Positions 9,870 to 18,836 of a stretch of 64,000 nucleotides of DNA are shown piece by piece. The stretch is from an uncultured Lachnospiraceae bacterium. Lineage in GTDB: Bacteria > Bacillota > Clostridia > Oscillospirales > CAG-272. The DNA lies in assembly GCA_964638675.1 (NCBI GenBank), contig CAZXAU010000004.1:62977-126976 (forward strand), written 5' to 3'. Below the pieces are notes generated by a model, which worked only from the letters and a program-made list of their open reading frames with translations, was not told where the DNA came from and did no database searches. The first letter of the stretch is position 1; each line of letters begins with the position of its first letter. The translations under genes were made by a program, and so were the position numbers.

Positions 9870-10151
9870 ATGAGTAAAAACATCGATTTCAAAAACAGAG
9901 ACAGATTCATTCAACTTGGGATTGCAATAAACAATTTAAGACGGGCAAGAGGCTTGTCGCAAACACAACTGGCAGAGAAAGCAAATATAAGCCGTGCACA
10001 TCTGAGCGCCATTGAAGCGCCGGGAATCATGAGATCTTTTTCTCTTGATGTATTTTTCAATATCGCAGATGCGCTGGACATTGATCCCGAAGATCTGATC
10101 GCCGCTTCCGTCTTTCCCGACAGGGTGTTCAACAGTTCAAAGGATAAGTAG
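9870..10151 (+). CDS. Small XRE-family HTH regulator
   Basis: RRARGLSQTQLAEKANISRAHLSAIE; GGAGG RBS. Confidence 0.9.
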   Translation: MSKNIDFKNRDRFIQLGIAINNLRRARGLSQTQLAEKANISRAHLSAIEAPGIMRSFSLDVFFNIADALDIDPEDLIAASVFPDRVFNSSKDK

Positions 10152-10191
10152 AAAAAATAAAGTGACTATCCGTTTCTTCGTGCGGTCATAA

Positions 10192-10225
10192 AAGGACGGT
10201 GATACGCAATCGTATCACCGTCCTT
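10192..10225. terminator. Intrinsic terminator hairpin
   Basis: Perfect 15-bp stem AAGGACGGTGATACG/CGTATCACCGTCCTT. Confidence 0.65.
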
Positions 10226-10606
10226 AAGTTTATTCATGCTCAATATATATCCCTTATCCAATAATCATTATCCCGGAAATCGATATTCTCGATAGGATGA
10301 AAGCTGTAAAGCCGGCGTTGCGGTTGGAGTTGGTAAATATCAGGGGTCACATCAAGATTCCACCACGAGCCACAAAGTAAACACGATTCCGGACATGCTT
10401 ACTGTTGTCATTATAAGCCATTCCTGAAACCACATAGCAAGGAATGTGCCGCATGCGACAGAGTGCGGCAAAGGGTGGACAAAATCATAGAAGCCGCCCA
10501 TTGCAGATATTTAATGTTTTGCGAACATGAAAAATGCGGGAGCAAGGACGTTGGTAAAATTGCCGGGGATCACTCCGACAACCATTATTTTAAAAGGGAC
10601 GATTAT

Positions 10607-10981
10607 TTATTTTTTTCCATATTCATCAACATGGCGTTTGATCGCCTCAAATGTTTCATCGCTTATAGTATGCTCCATTTTGCAGGCATCCTCGGCTGCT
10701 GTCTTCTCATTAACACCGAGACGGATGAGGAAATCGGTCAGCTTTGTATGTCTTTCATAGATCTTTCCTGCAACCTCAAGTCCTTCGGCGGTAAGCGAGA
10801 GATATCCGTCACCGTCCATTTCAAGAAAGCCACCTTTTTTCAATATGCCGACGGCACGGCAAACGCTCGGCTTTGAATATCCCATATAATCGCCGACGTC
10901 AACAGAGCGGACATTACTGCTCTTTTGTGATAAAATGTATATGGTCTCCAGATACATTTCTCCCGATTCCTGAAGATGCAT
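10607..10981 (-). CDS. DtxR/MntR family metal-dependent repressor
   Basis: ESGEMYLETIY, SKPSV, IYERH, AAEDACKMEH. Confidence 0.93.
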   Translation of the reverse strand: MHLQESGEMYLETIYILSQKSSNVRSVDVGDYMGYSKPSVCRAVGILKKGGFLEMDGDGYLSLTAEGLEVAGKIYERHTKLTDFLIRLGVNEKTAAEDACKMEHTISDETFEAIKRHVDEYGKK

Positions 10982-11159
10982 GACCGTTTCCCCCTTGTTT
11001 TGAGTTTGTTATTATGTCTATCATACTACAAATTAAAACAAAAGTCAAGTCGTTAAGATTACAAAACTCCGAACGAACGGTTAATGAATATGAGATCTTA
11101 TGATCGAACACACTCGCTGTGATCGCATTTTTCCCGTGTGAAAAATGAACAAATAATCA

Positions 11160-11318
11160 GTTAGCTATTGCTAATTGACTGTGCGACACGATGAAAAATG
11201 TTGATTCGGGCAAAAAAATAAAAAATGGGGTTGACAAATCTCCGCATCATGTATATAATATGTTGTGGTTAGCGAAGGCTAATCAATTTTTAAGGACAAT
11301 GGTTAGCATAGACTAATG
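11160..11318 (+). promoter_or_regulatory. feo promoter with three DtxR-type operator palindromes
   Basis: TTGACA(11231)-17-TATAAT(11254); TTAGC-N4-RCTAA boxes at about 11161, 11269 and 11303. Confidence 0.75.
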
Positions 11319-11359
11319 TGATGCATAAAATAATATAAAATACAAAGAGGGTATGAAAA

Positions 11360-11572
11360 ATGATGCCGCTTACATTTGCAGAAATCGGAGAGGAAAATAT
11401 CATAAAAAAGATCGGGGGCAGCCGTGAAATAAGGTCACATCTCGAAGATCTCGGATTCGTTGCCGGGGGCGAAGTTACGGTGATAAATATCGTCGGCGGC
11501 AACATTATCGTAAAAGTGAAGGAATCCCGCATTGCCGTCAGCCGGGAAATGGCACAGAGGATTATGATCTGA
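11360..11572 (+). CDS. feoA: Ferrous iron transport protein A
   Basis: HLEDLGFVAG..VKESRIA..MAQRIMI SH3-like FeoA. Confidence 0.92.
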   Translation: MMPLTFAEIGEENIIKKIGGSREIRSHLEDLGFVAGGEVTVINIVGGNIIVKVKESRIAVSREMAQRIMI

Positions 11573-11638
11573 TTCTCTGCCGCAACAAATGCAAAAGATT
11601 TAACAACATTTATACATTTATTCAAGGAGGAAAACTGT

Positions 11639-11860
11639 ATGAAAACATTGAGGCAGGCTAAGGTCGGCGATACAGTAAAAATCGTTAAGCTTCACGGAGA
11701 AGGAGCTATCAAACGTCGTATTATGGATATGGGGCTGACAAAGGGCGTGGAAGTGTGCATCCGCAAAACAGCGCCGCTCGGCGATCCTATTGAGATAACA
11801 GTACGTGGATATGAGCTGTCACTGCGGAAAGCTGATGCAGAAAATATTGAAATCGAATAA
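11639..11860 (+). CDS. feoA: Ferrous iron transport protein A (second copy)
   Basis: RRIMDMGLTKG..APLGDPIE..RGYELSLRK. Confidence 0.95.
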   Translation: MKTLRQAKVGDTVKIVKLHGEGAIKRRIMDMGLTKGVEVCIRKTAPLGDPIEITVRGYELSLRKADAENIEIE

Positions 11861-11924
11861 ATTTTAATTAAATCGAATAAATCTGAAAAAATGAGATCGT
11901 GAGATCTCTATTATTTAAGGATTT

Positions 11925-11941
11925 GGTTAGCACATGCTAAT
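11925..11941. promoter_or_regulatory. Fourth DtxR-type operator, directly upstream of feoB
   Basis: GGTTAGCACATGCTAAT. Confidence 0.65.
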
Positions 11942-11959
11942 ATGGAACGGAGGAAATAT

Positions 11960-14362
11960 ATGAATTTGCGAATCGCCCTTGCGGGTAACCCGAACAGCGG
12001 TAAGACCACCCTGTTCAATGCATTGACCGGCTCGAATCAGTTTGTCGGAAACTGGCCGGGCGTTACGGTTGAAAAGAAGGAAGGAAAACTGAAAAAGCAG
12101 GACGGTGTGACTATCACAGACCTGCCCGGTATTTACTCCCTCTCCCCCTATACTCTGGAGGAAGTAGTTGCGAGAAACTATCTTATTATTGAACGTCCCG
12201 ATGCGATACTGAACATTATCGACGGAACAAATCTTGAAAGAAATCTCTATCTGACCACACAGCTCACAGAGCTTGGTATTCCGGTAGTCGTTGCAATCAA
12301 CATGATGGACATCGTACGGAAAAACGGCGATAAGATCGATACCGATGAGCTTTCACGCCGACTCGGATGTAAGGTAGTTGAGATCTCAGCGCTTAAAGGC
12401 AGTGGCATTATGGATGCCGCAGATGAAGCAATCAAAGCGGCAAAGAACGGAAAATGCATTCCGATGCACACATTCAGTGGAGACGTGGAGCATGCTCTTG
12501 CGCACATTGAAGAAGCCGCTGTACATAACCTGCCCGAACAACAGCAGCGTTGGTACGCCATTAAGCTTTTTGAACGTGATGACAAGGTGCTTGGGCAATT
12601 GAATCTCGATAAATCTGTCCTTGACCATATCGAAAAAGATATCAAGGCTGTTGAAGAGGAAATGGATGACGATGCGGAATCGATCATCACAAACGAACGG
12701 TATATATATATCGGCAATCTTATCAAAGGCTGTTATAAGAAAAAGTCTGTCGGCAAGCTTTCAAGCTCGGATAAAATTGACAGGGTGGTAACCAACCGCT
12801 GGCTCGGTCTTCCGATTTTTGCGGCGGTTATGTTCATCGTATATTGGATAGCTATGATCGGTATCGGTGCATCGGCTACAGATTGGGTAAATGACAACCT
12901 TTTCGGCGACGGATTTCATCTGCTCGGCATCGGATCATCCGAATATACGCAAGCTTCTGACGAATACACCGACGCTTCGCTGATCATTGAAGGCTATGAA
13001 GCCTATATTGAAGAAAACGGCAGTGCCCCGACAGGCGAATTCCCCTATTACATCACAGATGAAGAAACGCTTGAAGTAACCGAGGAAATTGCTACGATCT
13101 CAGATTACGAGAACGCAGTAAAAGTAATAGGAAAATATGAAGATGAACCCGATCCTGCCGATTACGGTGTATGGGTGCCCGGTATTCCCGCACTTGTCGA
13201 AGAAGGACTTAATGCAGTAAACTGCGCCGATTGGCTTCAGGGACTGATCCTTGACGGTATTGTTGCGGGCGTAGGTGCAGTTCTCGGCTTCGTACCTCAG
13301 ATGTTCGTTCTCTTCCTGATGCTTGCTTTCCTCGAAGCATGCGGATATATGGCACGAATCGCATTTGTGCTTGACCGTATTTTCCGTAAATTCGGTCTTT
13401 CGGGTAAATCATTTATACCGATGCTTGTCGGTACAGGATGCGGAATTCCAGGTATTATGGCGTCGAGAACGATTGAAAACGAACGTGATCGCCGTATGAC
13501 GATTATGACAACCACCTTTATCCCCTGCGGTGCAAAGGTTCCCTTCATCGCTATGATCGCAGGCGCTATATTCGGCGGCTCTGCATGGGTTGCAACCTCG
13601 GCATATTTTATTGGTATGGCGGCGATCATCCTTTCGGGTATCATGCTCAAGAAAACCAGAATGTTCTCGGGCAAACCTGCCCCCTTTGTTATGGAGCTTC
13701 CGGCTTATCATCTCCCGACGCTCAGGAATGTCCTCTTGTCCATGTGGGAGCGTGGATGGTCATTCATCAAAAAGGCAGGAACGATCATTCTGCTTTCTAC
13801 AATTGCAGTATGGTTTGCCACATATTTCGGATTCACCGCAGACGGTTTCCGTATGCTCGGTGAGGAAGAAATGGATCAGTCGATCCTCGCTTATATCGGA
13901 AGTGCGATCGCATGGATCTTCAGCCCTCTCGGATGGGGTAACTGGCAGGCGGCTGTAGCCTCGATCACAGGACTTGTGGCAAAAGAAAACATCGTCGGAA
14001 CTATGGGTATTCTGTATCCTGCCGGATGGCCCGAAATTGCTGAAAATTTCTCCGCAATCGCAGGCTACTCCTTCCTCGTATTCAATCTGCTTTGCGCTCC
14101 ATGCTTTGCCGCAATCGGAGCTATCAAGCGTGAGATGAACAGTGCAAAATGGACCTGGTTTGCAATCGGTTATCAGTGCTTATTCGCATATGTGATCTCC
14201 ATGATGATCTATCAATTTGGTTCAGCTTTCAGCGGAGATCTTCATGTTATCGGTCTGATCGCATCAATAGCAGTTCTCGCACTTATGATCTATCTGATAT
14301 TCAGACCTTATAAAGAATCTGTGAGACTGACAAAAAACGCAGTGAAAACAAATAAAGAATAA
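11960..14362 (+). CDS. feoB: Ferrous iron transport protein B
   Basis: GNPNSGKTT, VGNWPGVTVE, DLPGIYSL, NMMD; Gate domains; GGAGG RBS. Confidence 0.97.
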   Translation: MNLRIALAGNPNSGKTTLFNALTGSNQFVGNWPGVTVEKKEGKLKKQDGVTITDLPGIYSLSPYTLEEVVARNYLIIERPDAILNIIDGTNLERNLYLTTQLTELGIPVVVAINMMDIVRKNGDKIDTDELSRRLGCKVVEISALKGSGIMDAADEAIKAAKNGKCIPMHTFSGDVEHALAHIEEAAVHNLPEQQQRWYAIKLFERDDKVLGQLNLDKSVLDHIEKDIKAVEEEMDDDAESIITNERYIYIGNLIKGCYKKKSVGKLSSSDKIDRVVTNRWLGLPIFAAVMFIVYWIAMIGIGASATDWVNDNLFGDGFHLLGIGSSEYTQASDEYTDASLIIEGYEAYIEENGSAPTGEFPYYITDEETLEVTEEIATISDYENAVKVIGKYEDEPDPADYGVWVPGIPALVEEGLNAVNCADWLQGLILDGIVAGVGAVLGFVPQMFVLFLMLAFLEACGYMARIAFVLDRIFRKFGLSGKSFIPMLVGTGCGIPGIMASRTIENERDRRMTIMTTTFIPCGAKVPFIAMIAGAIFGGSAWVATSAYFIGMAAIILSGIMLKKTRMFSGKPAPFVMELPAYHLPTLRNVLLSMWERGWSFIKKAGTIILLSTIAVWFATYFGFTADGFRMLGEEEMDQSILAYIGSAIAWIFSPLGWGNWQAAVASITGLVAKENIVGTMGILYPAGWPEIAENFSAIAGYSFLVFNLLCAPCFAAIGAIKREMNSAKWTWFAIGYQCLFAYVISMMIYQFGSAFSGDLHVIGLIASIAVLALMIYLIFRPYKESVRLTKNAVKTNKE

Positions 14363-14395
14363 ATATCATTATTAAATATCATAGGAGGGAAAGAA

Positions 14396-14578
14396 ATGCT
14401 TACATGGATCTGCGAAAATATTGCAACTATCATAATCAGTCTGATTCTCATTGCGGTCGTTGCGGCTGTAATTATCGGTATGGTTCGCAATAAGAAAAAA
14501 GGAAAGTCCTCCTGCGGATGCGGCTGTGCAAATTGTGCTATGAGTGCAACCTGTCATTCGGCAAATTTCAAAAAATAG
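14396..14578 (+). CDS. FeoB-associated Cys-rich membrane protein
   Basis: TM helix then KKKGKSSCGCGCANC..C. Confidence 0.88.
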   Translation: MLTWICENIATIIISLILIAVVAAVIIGMVRNKKKGKSSCGCGCANCAMSATCHSANFKK

Positions 14579-14888
14579 ACTTTGCCTGTCAGGTGAAAAA
14601 ATTCGGGGATGAGAAATTAAAGTAGATACTCTGAAGGCTAATTTCATTACCGATAAATAAAACCAAGGCATGCGATGGCTGAAAAATTGATCCGGTCGTT
14701 CCGATTCCGAATTCACGGAAAAGGAACGGCCGGATAATTTTATTTTGCACCGCAAAGAGATGTTCTGCACACTTTAGAACAGAGCATTGACAATTCGTGA
14801 CATCAAAAAGGCAACCAAAACCGGTTGGGTTAAGGTTGCCAATGACCCGAAGGTCTTATGTTTTAACTATGTTGTGATGACTGAAGAT

Positions 14889-15962
14889 TCAATCCTCGTC
14901 TTCCTCGTCCTCTTCACGGTTCTCGATCGCTTCTTCGATCATGTCGTCGATCTCATCCTTAATGTCGTCGATCTCATCTTTAAGATTATCGAAAGCCTCA
15001 AGAATCTGATCTCTTATCTCGCCTGCCGCTTCATAGATCTCTTCAAGGCGTTCTGAAATCATCTCTTCAAGCCTTTCATTGATCTCATCCAGATCGTCCT
15101 CGTAGATCTCATCTGAACCTTCAAGCTCTTCAAGCCTTGATTGCATTTCCTTGCGAAGTTTTTTAGAAATATTATCGGCTGTAGATCTCAGTACGATTCG
15201 AGCCTGCTCAGCCAATTTTGACGGGTCCATACCCGATATATCGGTATCGCCGCCCTTTGTCTTTTCTGTTTTCGGTGCAGAAAAACTGCAAATCGGCTTT
15301 CCGTGTATGACCGGACAAGCATTCAACACGATCTCGGCTTCATCCGAAATGTAAAGCTTGCCGTCTGTACCCACAGCTTTAAATGAGATCCAGTATCTGG
15401 CGTTCCTGTTCGGAGCCCAGAAGTTGTCATCTTTTCCGAGACAGGGTGTAAAGCGGAGAATCGAGAGTCCTCTGCGGTGTCCTCCTTCGTACATGCTTGA
15501 CACACGGAGCGTAATATTCTTTTCATTATCGTCATAGTCGAATATTGAAAAGTTAAATTCTATATCACCGCTGTGCAGAGCAACAGCGTTCCGCCCGTTT
15601 TCAAGAATCGGACAAAGAAGTATCTGAACCTCGTTGTTCCAGTTTTCCATACCTCTCTGATAAATATCAAGGTGTACCTTGACTTTTTCAAGCTCGGCAT
15701 TTCGAGTTGTTTCCTCAGCCACTTTTATCTTTTCATCACAGGGCTGTTCGTTTGTTCTGCTGATATTGTTTATATTATCGTTCATATCGTTTTCCTCCGA
15801 ATTTATTATATCCGGCGGACACGCTATAAGACGCAAGGTATGCTCATCAATATAGCGTGCCCTGCCCTTTTTCACGAGACCTTTTGCCCTTTTGGGGTAG
15901 GTCTCACCTATCACCGTTCCGTCATCTGACAAAATGGTTATATTTTTTACGTTTTTTATCAT
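14889..15962 (-). CDS. Hypothetical protein: PLMP/RRXRR-like N-terminus, beta-rich middle, very acidic coiled-coil tail
   Basis: N-terminal ITILSDDGTVIGETYPKRAKGLVKKGRARYIDEHTLRL; C-terminal E/D-rich heptads; own promoter and RBS. Confidence 0.8.
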   Translation of the reverse strand: MIKNVKNITILSDDGTVIGETYPKRAKGLVKKGRARYIDEHTLRLIACPPDIINSEENDMNDNINNISRTNEQPCDEKIKVAEETTRNAELEKVKVHLDIYQRGMENWNNEVQILLCPILENGRNAVALHSGDIEFNFSIFDYDDNEKNITLRVSSMYEGGHRRGLSILRFTPCLGKDDNFWAPNRNARYWISFKAVGTDGKLYISDEAEIVLNACPVIHGKPICSFSAPKTEKTKGGDTDISGMDPSKLAEQARIVLRSTADNISKKLRKEMQSRLEELEGSDEIYEDDLDEINERLEEMISERLEEIYEAAGEIRDQILEAFDNLKDEIDDIKDEIDDMIEEAIENREEDEEDED

Positions 15963-16099
15963 GGGTGTCTTCCCCTTTATAATTGTTATACAAGTAATTT
16001 CGTTTTTTCCTATGGGTGCCTTCCCCTGGGTATCATCCCATATACACTTGTCCGTGCAGTAAATTTGTTTTTTATAATGGGTATCTCCCCTTACTGCAC
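15951..16099 (-). repeat. Structured 5' leader with repeated AGGGGA(A)GRYACCCAT-NNN-AAAAAAC motif
   Basis: Full copies around 16077-16091, 16012-16027 and 15961-15976 (the last spans RBS and ATG), a partial copy at 16026-16041, and a 9-bp inverted repeat at 16054-16062/16091-16099. Confidence 0.8.
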
Positions 16100-16103
16100 T
16101 GTA

Positions 16104-16132
16104 ATTGTATCATATACTCATTTGTTTGTCAA
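16104..16132 (-). promoter_or_regulatory. sigma-A promoter for the 14889-15962 gene
   Basis: Minus strand TTGACA-17-TACAAT with TG extension. Confidence 0.7.
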
Positions 16133-16243
16133 GAGTAATCAATATTTATTTTACATTTTTCTGTTTCTCATACTTACTGCATACAATTTCTTATACTGAA
16201 TTCAAGCCTTTTGCTGCTGTTGCATTTAATTTAAGAATTTACG

Positions 16244-16340
16244 ATAAACATCGGTTCCCCCCAAGCAGCAGACTGCATTTATACTGTAAAATGAATATTG
16301 CGCCATAGTTGAGCACAGAAAATCCCCGCACAAGGCGGGG
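16244..16340 (-). repeat. Conserved XRE-3' element, copy 1 (includes terminator hairpin)
   Basis: Core GACTGCATTTATACTGTAAAATGAATATTGCGCCAT..CCCCGCAC (+ strand), aligns with 17676 and 18732. Confidence 0.85.
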
Positions 16341-16356
16341 CATAAATGGCGATAAG

Positions 16357-17511
16357 CTACTCAGATATATTGTTCACGATGTCGAGTAATTCAGCAAAAC
16401 GATCCTTTTGACTTAGTTGCTTAATATTTTCGTCGGATAATTTTTCAATAAGCCTCTTTTTTATTATTTTTTTGCTGATACGTTGATGTAATTCACTCTT
16501 TCCCAGAAGCGGAGATTTTATATCGATCCGATAAACGCAGTCGCCTTCTGTTTTCTTTTCCGGTTTCACTTCAATGAGTTTAAGATAGTACATAATTGAA
16601 TTTTCTACTGCTTCCATTGCTTTTTTATCTTTGCCAACAGCGAGGTACGATCTTGCAAGCAATAAATAACAGTCTCCGGAATCAAAGTCATGGTACGGCA
16701 GCGGACATTCATCTTTGAATATCGCTTTCATAACTTCAAAAAATGTTTCGTATACGTTAATCGCATCGGCATATTTTCCGCTGTTATAATATGCCATACC
16801 CAATCTGGCAACATTGTCTTCAAGAGCCTGAAGCGAATAATCAATATCACTGCACAAACATCTTGCCTCGCACTCATAATTTCCCATATATTCATTCACT
16901 CTTGCCATATTGGAATATAGCGTCAGATCTGTACGGACCGGGAAATTTCGGGCTTCTATTGTTGCTAAATCAAACTTTTTGCTTGCACTGTATAAGAAAA
17001 CCAGGCATTGGCGTGTACTTAAAATATCACTCATGTTTTTGGAATTGGAAATTATGAAATTAGCTTGCCGAATCGTTTCGGGAATAATTTCATCGGCACG
17101 ATCCTTAGCGTAAATCCATCCGTTTTCGGGCATAGCCAAATCTACACCCAATCTCATGCAATTATTCATTAAAATGAGATTGCTTGGGTATTTCTTCAAA
17201 CCATTAATTAAAATATCATATGCTTTTAAATATGTGTCAAGGTTGCCGTATTCTTTCACTTCATCCGCAAGTGAAACTATTTTCCATGCCTCTTCGGATT
17301 CGGCTCCTTTGTCGATTCCGAACAATACATCGGTGCTGACATTAAATACAGATGCCAATGGAACGATCTGTGATATATCAGGCATTCCGGAATCATTTTC
17401 CCATTTGGAAACAGCCTGATAAGTAACACCGAGCCGTTCGGCAAGTTCTTCTTGTGTAAAGCCGTATCCCTTTCGCAGACTTTTTATAATTTGTCCCATA
17501 GTTGTTGCCAT
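16357..17511 (-). CDS. XRE HTH regulator with TPR-like C-terminal domain
   Basis: TQEELAERLGVTYQAVSKWE..PDI; TPR-like LGMAYYNSGKYADAI and LLLARSYLAVG. Confidence 0.9.
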   Translation of the reverse strand: MATTMGQIIKSLRKGYGFTQEELAERLGVTYQAVSKWENDSGMPDISQIVPLASVFNVSTDVLFGIDKGAESEEAWKIVSLADEVKEYGNLDTYLKAYDILINGLKKYPSNLILMNNCMRLGVDLAMPENGWIYAKDRADEIIPETIRQANFIISNSKNMSDILSTRQCLVFLYSASKKFDLATIEARNFPVRTDLTLYSNMARVNEYMGNYECEARCLCSDIDYSLQALEDNVARLGMAYYNSGKYADAINVYETFFEVMKAIFKDECPLPYHDFDSGDCYLLLARSYLAVGKDKKAMEAVENSIMYYLKLIEVKPEKKTEGDCVYRIDIKSPLLGKSELHQRISKKIIKKRLIEKLSDENIKQLSQKDRFAELLDIVNNISE

Positions 17512-17675
17512 AATTTTTTCTCCTGAAAACTGTTTATATCGGTACCGTATTTGAATTATACCATATAATCTGACATTATGGAAGCGACTGAAAAATGAGT
17601 GTTCTAAACTTTGCGTTGAGTATATAATATCATAAAATCATGAATAAGTCTACATAAAACCAAAGATGTGCTCCT

Positions 17676-17772
17676 ATAAACAGAGATTTCCCCACAATCG
17701 GCTGACTGCGTTTATACGGTTAAATGAATACTGCTCCATGTTTGAGCGTAAAAAAACCCCGCACGAAACGAG
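17676..17772 (-). repeat. Conserved XRE-3' element, copy 2
   Basis: GACTGCGTTTATACGGTTAAATGAATACTGCTCCAT..CCCCGCAC. Confidence 0.85.
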
Positions 17773-17780
17773 ACCAAGAA

Positions 17781-18566
17781 TTAATTGCTTGCTTTCTTGC
17801 GAATTCCGATAATAAAATCGCTTTCATTACCTTCAAACAACACATCCAATATTTTAATAATCTTTTCTTTGTATTGAGGATTGTTTTCTGTTTCTGAAAG
17901 TGCAGTCAGATGATACGATAGCAACCATGCCAATGGTTCTATTGCAGATTTTGCAATTTCGTTCTTTTTTGCAGTATCTTTCAAAATGCGCACCAAGGCA
18001 GTTTCTCTTGTCTTATACAAATTCGGCAATTTATAGGCATATTCAAGTGCTTTCTCATAATCTCCATATCTGTAATACGCATCAGAAATATTGGAAAGTG
18101 CAGCACCTCTCACTTCTGAATCGTCACAATATCGCAAAATTTGCTCATGAATCATAATGGATTCCTTTAGAAACTTGCGTTTTTCGTTTTCAGTACCATC
18201 GAGTCGTTCAAGAGATGCAGAGAGCTGAATCAATAAAAGTGAATTGTTGGGATATGTTTTCAGAGCATTTCGCATGAGCTCTACATTTTCCTTATGCTTA
18301 CCTGATTCTCTGTTTTTCTGCCACTTCTGATTGATCTCATCAAGTTTGTTCGCAGCAGATATTTCATCCATACCGATCAATTCATCAATTGACACCCCAA
18401 AATAATTTGCCAATGTCGGTAGCATTGTGATATCCGGATATCCGTCACCTCGCTCCCATTTGCTGATTGCCTGAAAGGAAATACCGAGATGAGTTGCAAC
18501 TTCTTCTTGAGTCAAATCTCTGTCACGGCGCAATTTTTTCAATTTATCTCCAATCATCAATTCCAT
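17781..18566 (-). CDS. XRE HTH regulator with TPR-like domain
   Basis: TQEEVATHLGISFQAISKWERGDGYPDI; AYYRYGDYEKALEYA. Confidence 0.9.
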   Translation of the reverse strand: MELMIGDKLKKLRRDRDLTQEEVATHLGISFQAISKWERGDGYPDITMLPTLANYFGVSIDELIGMDEISAANKLDEINQKWQKNRESGKHKENVELMRNALKTYPNNSLLLIQLSASLERLDGTENEKRKFLKESIMIHEQILRYCDDSEVRGAALSNISDAYYRYGDYEKALEYAYKLPNLYKTRETALVRILKDTAKKNEIAKSAIEPLAWLLSYHLTALSETENNPQYKEKIIKILDVLFEGNESDFIIGIRKKASN

Positions 18567-18731
18567 AATAATAACCTCCGTATTTATATTATTTCGACAT
18601 GTCTGAGTATATTATAGGGCATTTTTGATAGTAAATCAATAACCGTAGCATAGACTTAATTATACGAATCGTAGTATTTTTCTACAAACACCAATTGATG
18701 ATACATAAACCTAAAGAAAGTAAGTAATCCC

Positions 18732-18830
18732 ATGAACAGGATTTTCCTCCTAAGTAGCGGACTGCGTTTATACGGTAAAAAGAATGATGCTCCCGTAGCT
18801 GTGTATAAAAAGCCCCACACTAAGTGTGGC
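18732..18830 (-). repeat. Conserved XRE-3' element, copy 3
   Basis: GACTGCGTTTATACGGTAAAAAGAATGATGCTCCC..CCCCACACTAAGTGTGG. Confidence 0.85.
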
Positions 18831-18836
18831 AAAGGA

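Noticed and set aside
10230-10600. Possible gene remnant between the XRE and DtxR-family genes
   Set aside because: Only short interrupted frames; no family recognisable by eye.
15951-18830. CRISPR array interpretation of the repeats
   Set aside because: Repeats are degenerate, spacing is irregular or gene-sized, and no cas genes are present.
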